Source: Balanoglossus misakiensis
Taxonomy: Eukaryota; Animalia; Hemichordata
DNA: 64,000 nt
Assembly (NCBI GenBank): GCA_040954595.2
Contig: CM082579.2
Span: 11,593,734 to 11,657,733, forward strand
Direction of reading: 5' to 3'
A model generated the notes under the pieces. That model had not been told where the DNA came from and did not search any database. It was given only the letters and a program-made list of their open reading frames with translations. Shown piece after piece: positions 55,276 to 64,000 of this stretch (its first letter is position 1; every line of letters starts with the position of its first letter). The translations under genes were made by a program, and so were the position numbers.

Positions 55276-56739
55276 TTCTACCAGCAGAGCCGCCCCCTCT
55301 CTTCCTAAACCGATTTACGACAAATTCAACCTGGATAAAAAAGACGGGTTTTATTAGTCATCAATGTATTCATGTTTCTAGTTTTTTGTGGGACCAGATA
55401 AGTTGAATGATAACAGTCTGACTTCTTTTGAAGTCACATTTGTAAAATTTGCATACACATCAAATAAAAGTTCCGCCTGTGAACTATGAACTTTAAAGGT
55501 ATGTTAATGAATTACAGGTATTGATTACGACCAGGACGCGTAATAATATTGACATCGCACTACAACCTTCCCAAAAAGTAGAAACGAGAATTTTAACATT
55601 TCATTGATTTATAACCAACAAACAATAAGTTTTAGGTAATGTTCTTAATTCTGCTTGTCAGCCGCATGAATTAAATGCTGACTTCCCTCATTAAATTAAA
55701 TGCTCATTTCCCTACGATAAATTGTCGAACTTACACAAATAGAAATTGAGGAAACGAACAGTGAGTGGTTCAGTTCAGCATTGTATGGAGAAGAAAACTG
55801 GAACTCTGATCAGCAAACAGAACATAGAAAGTGGTCAGTTAAAGATATTTTCATCGCTTCGCTGCTTTGGAACATGCATCACATGCACATATCAAGTGAT
55901 ATACAGTCATTCTGATGTGCGGTGCTATTGTTAGGCGCTTTGCTGCCGTGGGATGACCCCAGCTACCGCATACTCGTATATCCATCACTATACATGTGAT
56001 GCCCTCTTGGTATAGCCAAGTCTCATTTGACGGGTTTGATGTGGCGCATGCGTAATAAATCTAGTCATATTTTTACGACCAGGGTCAATTCTCTCAGGGT
56101 TAAACCCTGTCACTCACACTTTATAAATAACGACTGCATGTACCCGTTTATTCTAACCGTGTTTTATTTTTGTAGCGCTCAAACTTAGTCAAGCAATCAT
56201 ACACAATGCTGGTACCCAGGCGCCAACTGATAGTTAAGTTGAGTGCATATAGCACGAGCCGTTAGGCGAGTGCTACATGTATATGGAGCGAATTGTACCA
56301 AAATCGAGTGTATACCCGACTGAAGCTGGGGTTATTGCTATTATATTATACCAGCAATTGATTTTGTGGCATATCAGTGTCATTTTCTTAACGTAACAGC
56401 GTCAGAACAAGAAGTTACGAACGTGAACCAACATGGCGACGATGAAATTATGTAAACACGAGAGCCCGGACAAAAAGGTGACAAGACAGGCATCGCGCAT
56501 AGCAAAATGCAAAATACTCCAACAGAGTAATTTCATAAAAAACGCCCGTAAATTCAACAGTATTTTTATTTTATTTCTTTATTTTAACCCAACGCGACTG
56601 TTGTTTAACTGTACATTTTCCCTGCTGCTTGCTATTTCAGGGGCCCGTTTTACCACTGCGAGCCGTTGTAAAACAATATTTTACCATCGCTGGTTTGAGC
56701 TGTCGTCCAATCAGAATGGCGGACGGTAGCATGGTATAA

Positions 56740-59120
56740 CCCATTTTTCATTTCTACTAAATTGTAAAATGTAGATGGCTGCTTGATTGATCCTATTTTG
56801 TTTTGGTTTTTAACTGATTACACGACTACCACTCAATTTACGTTCGAATGCTATGACAAATTGCAAGACAATGTTGAGTAGAAGATGTGCACCATTATAA
56901 TCCCTATGGTCTGTGGAATAGCCATGCATACTTATAACAAGGAAGGCGATTTACAACAGGGGGAAAGTCTACTATTTCCTTGCTCAGTCTATTGTAACAA
57001 TAAAGACATATTTTCGTTTTTTAGCTCCCACACACGGCTTGCGTTATACCGAAGTCTGTCTGTCTGTTTGCTTGTTTGTCTGCCCATCTGTCTGTCTGTC
57101 TGTCTGTCTTTCCGCCCGTCTGTCCATTGTTAGTAGTGAGACTAGTAGTCGTTTATTGCGTCTCAAGGCCACCGGGCCATATCTATTTGTATATTTTGAA
57201 TTGTAACCCCCTTGCATATGGGCCGGTGGCCTTGGGACGCAATAAACTACTACTAGTCTCACTACTACTCCACTGTTAGTGTATAACTGCCTAAAACTCA
57301 AAGTGTCAATTCTGACATTCTTTATTCAACAGAAAATCCGCATCTATGTTCGGAAAGAATATGTAGTGTCTCAACAAACGTACGTCTGTTCTGTTGTTGG
57401 TAATTAAAAAGCGACTTAGTATAACTTTATTGACCATAAATGTGGAAAATCGTCTTTTAGTCAGTCGCAGTAATTATACATGAAATATACAAAAAACAAA
57501 ATTCCGCTGTAAACGTGATTAAAAAGTAATTAAATCCTTGAGAGAGAGAGAAATTGCTCACTTTCCCAATACGTTTTTTTTGTACTGTTTTTTCTGTGTC
57601 ATGTCCGGATTTGGTCGTACCATTAACTGAATTGCAGCTGTACTTCTCTATCAGTGTCTGCCTTTGTGGTAAAACCACCAGCTAATCGAATATTCTTCCT
57701 ACGCTATGAGTCAAACTTAGGTAATTTAATAACCACCTGTTCAGGAAGCACGTGCCAACTGATTGATTTGTTGACTCCAACATGGAGTTTTTATGACAAA
57801 ACTCAAAATAATCCAGTCCACTACGCCTACTGCTATACTCGGACATGGTAAAATCCCTTTTGAATGCAACTATATGTCATGATATGTCATGAATGAGCTT
57901 GTGTTATCAGTATGGACACGCTAAGTCCATCTCGTTTGGCCGTAGACAGTTTGGCAGGAGAGTTATAAACATCACTTAAGGTGGCATTGCACGAAACCGT
58001 CAAGTTTTTTAGAGGCCTATTTCTCATCGAAGACAACGCTAAAACCCCTATAAACCATACAAGTTCAGGAAGCTGGGTTTTTGAACTTTTGTTTGAGTTG
58101 CACATTTTATTGACCCCCGGAAATGGTGGCGTTTTTGGGTTAAAAATCGTTTTTTTTATATTATGTTCTTCAATTGAAATTAGGTAAAAAAAGTTGACCA
58201 TGCATCTTAACATGTCATTCGTAACTAGAGTACACGTGCAAAAAACCCGAAATTTTTGTTTTGCGTAATCTGCTTCCATTGAGGAGTAACATCGTTTGAA
58301 AGTTAGATTTTTTAGAAAATTTGATCAAATTCACGGTGAGTTGTATTGAATCAGAGGACACTTTATCGACTAAAAAAATAGCGCATGAGGACTTTCGTAT
58401 CATTTCTCAACAACATATGTTGAGGTATATAATTACTCTCCATTGGAAATATTGTCTCAATGTCGCAAAACGGCCCCAATTAAAGATTTTAGTCGTTTGG
58501 GATTGGTATGTATTATCTATTTTTCATATCAATAGCGTGAATGCGAAATAGTCAGCAATCATTATTTTGTCACATGCAACGTTCACTACCTATCAAAGAA
58601 ATTCACGTCTGTTAAGCCTGTGTTAGAAGATCTGTCGATGTTGCCTACATGACACAATACCCATTTTCCATTTCTACTAAATTGTGACATGTCGATGGCT
58701 GCTTGATTTATCCTATATTTTTTTTAACTGATTACACGACTACCACTCAATTTACGTTCGAATGCTATGAAAAATTGCAAGACAATGTTGTGTAGAAGAT
58801 GTGCACCATTATAATACCTATGGAATAGCCATGCATACTTACAACAAGGAAGGCGATTTACAACAGGGGGAAAGTCTACTATTTCCTTGCTGTATATAAT
58901 GCAATGCCCATGTTTCCACTGGTTTTACTATTCAGTCTATTGTAACAGTAAATACATATGTTCGTTTTTTAGCTCCCACACACGGCTTGCGTTATACCGA
59001 AGTCTGTCTGTCTGTTTGCTTGTATGTCTGCCCATCTGTCTGCCTGTCTGTCTTTCCGCCCGTCTGTCCATTGTTAGTAGCGAGACCAGTAGAAGTTTAT
59101 TGCGTCTCAAGGCCATGTTT
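56740..59120 (+). repeat. Dispersed direct repeat pair of ~440-460 bp (56740-57170 and 58660-59115)
   Basis: ccattt..catttctactaaattgt..gatggctgcttgatt..cacgactaccactcaatttacgttcgaatgc..agctcccacacacggcttgcgttataccgaagtctgtc present twice. Confidence 0.85.
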
Positions 59121-59915
59121 ATTTGTCTTTTAGGCCACCGGCCAATATGACAACTACATGATAAGATATTACAGAACGAAATCCAGCAACACAAAAAGAA
59201 ACAATAGGTCACCTTCAAGCTCTCATGAAAAATTCTTTTCTGAAAATCATGGCTTTATGGACAAATTTGCCAAGATTTCTTAACACTGTTGGCAACTTTG
59301 ACCTCATCAGTGTTAAAAATTTATATTCATAAAAAGACCCAGAGCTGTCATATGGTAACAAATATCTTAAGCTCTGATACAATGGGCATACAAATATTAC
59401 ATGAAATTCATCCTCAACACCTCCTGTACATATTTCACAGATTCTGTCTTCAATGTCAATGTTGGTAAAGCTGCCTTCCTTGACCAAGACATTAACATCT
59501 CAATCGAGCTAGTGCATGTCTATATTTTGACTCTGTAATTCACAAAGATATTTTTCTGGTTCAAGCATATTTTTAAAATTACGAAATGTACGAAGCCTGT
59601 CTTTTGTACATACTTCACTGTAGCACTCGTATTTTCAGCCCATCTGTACAATCTTTCATTTAAAATACCACAAAATATTTTACAGAATACATCCAAAAGC
59701 GTTATTCCCCTGTAATTATTTGGATATCTGTTCTAGACCCCTTTTTGTACAATGGTATTATAATTCCCCGTGACCATGACCAACCTGCTGGGAAGTTACC
59801 CGTATCGAAGATATTGTTAAACAGCTTATTAATGATAGGTAATATTGTGGGCATAGAGCATTTGAACAATTCGGCTGGTATTCCATCTGGGCCCGGGGCT
59901 TTACCATTTACCAAC
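59120..59915 (-). mobile_element. Degenerate non-LTR retrotransposon (LINE) fragment, internally deleted
   Basis: KAPGPDGIPAELFK..LFNNIFDTGNFPAGWS..IIIPLYKKG (start of RT region) and EDRICEICTGGVEDEFHVIFVCPLYQSLR (C-terminal CCHC finger). The 3' tail has AATAAAC. The RT core between the two is missing. Confidence 0.8.
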
Positions 59916-60235
59916 AAAAATACCAATTACATATGTAGTTGAAAGGGCCTCGACACTTTGAACTTACAGAATTCCTTACCTGAAAGTACAAGATGTAGCA
60001 TTTACCTCAACCAATGCGAGGCATTGCCATATGCCCTTTATGATCATACAAAGAAACTTAAATATATATAACCACAAATTTTTCACATACTTTGAAGATA
60101 AACGGTAATATACATTAAAAGTTTTAGAATCGCATATTTGTATTTACGAATACTCTTATAGTGTTTAAAAGTTAATAACGTAGTTTAATAGGCTCTCTAA
60201 CATAAAATGAACCAAACTGGAAAAATGTCTCTTAC

Positions 60236-60323
60236 CTGGTACAATGATCTGATGACTCTAGCCGCTAACAGTGCAATTGCTGCGATAATGCCTATCGAAG
60301 TTCTGACTACAGCTATCTTTATA
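60236..60323 (-). promoter_or_regulatory. Candidate TATA box and non-coding first exon of the poly-pentraxin gene
   Basis: Minus-strand TATAAAG (60323-60317) lies ~80 nt before a strong donor CAG|gtaaga at 60236/60235. The signal-peptide exon has an acceptor (55331) that needs an upstream exon. Confidence 0.4.
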
Positions 60324-63300
60324 CCTTTCAACATGCAAATTATGTATATCAATGTATGCATAGGTCACATCCATGTTGGGTAAAGTAAACACGGTGATAA
60401 AGCTGTCAGTTGGTCGGCACAAGTTATTGGCATAATATTTTTAGTTCGAATGGCCACATGCTCCATCGATCATACAATCCTCTTCGCAACCCATTGTCTA
60501 TGTATGTGGTCGAGCCTCAGCGCCCACACATAAACTTTGTGTGACTCAAAGGATTAGTGCTCTTTGTTTAACATAGGCAAATATTGTCGCTGAAACGTTT
60601 AGAAATTACCCTGTGTGAACCTGGTATTACCGGGCTTTTTTCAATCCATGGGTCTTGCATTAATTAGTTTCGAAACTGAATGTTTATGTGGCACAAAGCC
60701 TTTGTTTTCTACTGAAATCTTTATCAACTTAATGCATTTGATAAAGCTGATAAAGAAGGTGCACCTTGAAAATGAACATTTTACACAATATCAGTCGGTT
60801 GTGGTAACATGGGCTACTATGGTTGATGGGGTCTAAAGTATAAAACAATTCAGAAAGAAAGTAAAAATGCCTTCACTATGAAAAATAAATAAAGCAAATA
60901 TGTAAAATGGTACCTCACTTTTTGACAACAATCCGTTGAAAACCTAATAAGTGACAATTCATCGCTAACTTATTAAAATAGATAACGTTGTATCAATTTG
61001 ATCCTAAATTTACCGTATTACTAGCAGACATAAGACCGGCAACATCTCAGACAAAATCAACAAATCACACAGAAGGATATATAAAACCGAATTTATTCAT
61101 GTACTGAACTGTCTTTATCAGCCAGATATCAGGTTCATGGTGACGTATTAAATTGGGTTTTAGCTGTTTGATTTGTTCCTTTAGCCTGTAGTCTACTTGC
61201 AATTAACATATTCTAATATAACTAGAGTATACAGACAACAAAGCCACCACAAACGTACCCTCACAATAGACATCATGTTTATTTACGTACAACAGTGCGT
61301 GTTCTAGCGGTTTTAATATTTGGCACTGTTGGAGGACTACATCAATAAATTTGAATTCAATGCTCACAGTCTTGTCGGCAATAAATTAAAAACCGAGAAA
61401 AACTCACACTGCTGTTCTGTAAATAAACAGGATGAGAATTGTGAGGGTTAGTTAGGTTTGGATCATCTTTTGCTTATAACCCCTTTACTACCATGACACA
61501 GTCCAAACCCATGACATTTGAGAACAGTACTAGATGATTTGTGTTATATTAAAGCATGCGGGGAGTCTTTTTGAAAACATAACAGAATACTAGTATTGGG
61601 TGTCCACTGTGATGTTTACAGGAAATCGTGCTTTCAATTATTTACACAAACAAGACAATCACTTTGAATTTCAAATTTGAGACAATTTGACACAATTTGA
61701 CACAATTTTCAGTGTCAATCAAATTTTGTACAGTTTCTCAAATTTTTATTTTCAATATAAAGAGAGAATAATCTCGAGTCTGATTTCCTAGGCAAAGGTA
61801 CGCATGCGCACACGGGTATAAGAATTTCTATCTATTCAAAATGAAGTGAAGTATTTTATCGATTAACAATATTCTAAAAGTTCAAACTTTAAAAATATTG
61901 CGGTGTAGTTCGCTATCCCATAACTGGAATGTATTTTCTATAAATAGATAAGTATCATGTTACACATGTCAAGGCTAAATCACCAAGACTGTGTAAATTT
62001 TCTAGTATGACATTTTAAAGGATTTGAGAAATCAAATAGTAGGCCTATACAAAAGTTACATTATTTTTTACAAGATCAGCCTTTATTTAACTCTCGACTA
62101 TTGTCCGCAAAAACGGCATCATAAGTTATAATAACTGCAAGTGCCTAATTGTAGAACCTGATATACGTTGTATGCTTCAAACAGGCTTTAATTATTTTTC
62201 TGGCCAATATTCAATAATAATGGTATATATACCGATACTTTTAGATGCTTAGATTATAAACTGCTGTACACATTTCTAATTGGCAGGTATTCTTTATTAA
62301 TATTATTGGAATTGGCTCAGAAAGAGTTAAAGTGAAAAATGCTTAGATGTAGGTTGCTGGCCTGACATTGATCATATTTGAAATTGTGAGGGTAGGCCTA
62401 TACGGCGTGTTTTTAATTACAGACCCATATAGATTCGTGCTCGTTTGTACATGTATGCGTTGATTGGAAAAGCTGTCAAAAAGCTGCCGTGCATGTTTGT
62501 AATTATGTAGGCTATGTATAAAAACACGATTATGTGGCTCGACAGATAGGCCTAAAGACAGAGAAATATGAATGACGACACCTCCATTATTTGACAACTA
62601 GACTGGGCCTAACTATGAATGATCGTGGTGTACGTTCACTGTAATTTTCAAGATGACATTACAGAACGCATACGGGCGTTGTTGTCGATGATATATTGAT
62701 ATAAGGATTGACGGCTTGCAGCCAGAACTTGCTATTCATTGGGCGAACGAGAGCATACTAGTATATATCACATGTCAACGATGAGGGCGAAAAATACCAG
62801 GCTGAGAGAAACAGTGAGGCGTCTAATGACAAACATACAAATAAACCCAATCGGAATAAGATTGCAGAGGAATCATAAATGGAATATCGAATTCGCTGGG
62901 AGGCTGCCGCAAAATATTTATGCATTATAAGATTTGATTTGTGTTCAAGTAAAATAATGTAAATGTACAGAATATAAATAAGTAAAATTTTTGTGACCAA
63001 ACAATGCAAATCGGCGCAATAAAAGTAGAAATTTGACCTGAATATAAACGTATCCTCAGCTTGACCTTTGACACAAACTGCAAAGTTGGTTTTTTTGGAC
63101 ATCTATTTATTTTGTATGGAAATCCGGTTACGACATGCGACCTGCGTCTTCCAAACTGCCACCTACCTGCGTCTTTAAAAAAAACCTGCACACTGTGTGG
63201 CTTCGGATTTGGTCCAAAGATCTAACTGTTTCAAAAAAGGTGGCTGTTTAATTAACAGGCGCCAAACGCGATTGCTGCGCGAGAGCACAATGTTCATAAA

Positions 63301-64000
63301 TCTTCTTTTCCTGTCGCAAAATTAATGTTGATTATCACACATTTATCGTGAGCAGCCAGGTACTCCTTCGCCCTTTCTCAAAGGCAACATAATGCCGTCA
63401 AATCCGATCCCAATAATCGTTATCATACGAGGTAAAATTACCAGATTCAAGAACTAATTAATAATGGCAGTTGCTATATTTTATGGCCTTGAACTACTTG
63501 AAGTGGCAGTACCAGGTGTGCGGAATTGGACAACGTATCATGCTAGAATGTTACCCCAGTCAAGATTGACCAAAAGGAACAAACTCAAGTGTAATTTGCC
63601 AAAATGCCGAATCCAGAAATACTATCACTCGTCATTTAAGTGACTGATGTGTCATATTTGGAATTACAAAGTCTCTATACATACCACTGAATTTCGTAAA
63701 TTATTCTGCGAAATTCAGAGTTAATGCCTGCCTCAATTTTGTTTTAAAGCTAATAAGCTGTCCCAGTGTCTAATTTTACAGTCCTCATATGAGTTGTAAA
63801 CTCTACCGCATCTCGGGAGTTTTGTTTATTCATCACAAAACTTGGCAAACAATGACTCATGAAAAACATACATACACATTGTGAAAACAATTCCAACATT
63901 TAAAAAGGGCAAGTATACACATAGAACATCAATCAACTCATATCGTTTAAAAGTTGAATGTTTGTGCCTGTTCGAACTGCAAGCTGGAACCTTAAAAAGT

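Noticed and set aside
60900-64000. Short ORFs at the right end of the window
   Set aside because: No recognisable domains or consistent splice pattern. Treated as intergenic.

Overview
Intron-rich, AT-rich metazoan genomic DNA. An invertebrate deuterostome such as a hemichordate is inferred from gene content and repeat style, not proven. Two spliced minus-strand genes were reconstructed by hand from GT-AG boundaries and reading-frame phase. (1) The 5' part of an RNF213/mysterin-like giant E3 ligase: 20 phase-consistent exons, about 1,600 codons, 16994 down to 445, running off the left edge. It has a CBM20-like N-terminal domain and an unexpected UBA-like insert. (2) A complete 33-exon ORF of about 3,133 aa (55275 down to 26837) encoding a secreted protein: signal peptide, one LamG/ConA-like domain, TEN tandem pentraxin domains, a Thr/Glu/Pro linker and FOUR F-type (fucolectin) domains. 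All ten pentraxin domains lack the canonical Ca2+ ligands, all four F-type domains lack the fucose-binding His, and the pentraxin modules largely alternate between two types. This poly-pentraxin/F-lectin is the best candidate for an undescribed system. Introns and intergenic DNA hold MITE-like elements, a foldback/Polinton-like element, an internally deleted LINE, local duplications and microsatellites. All coordinates are hand-derived and may be off by a few bases.
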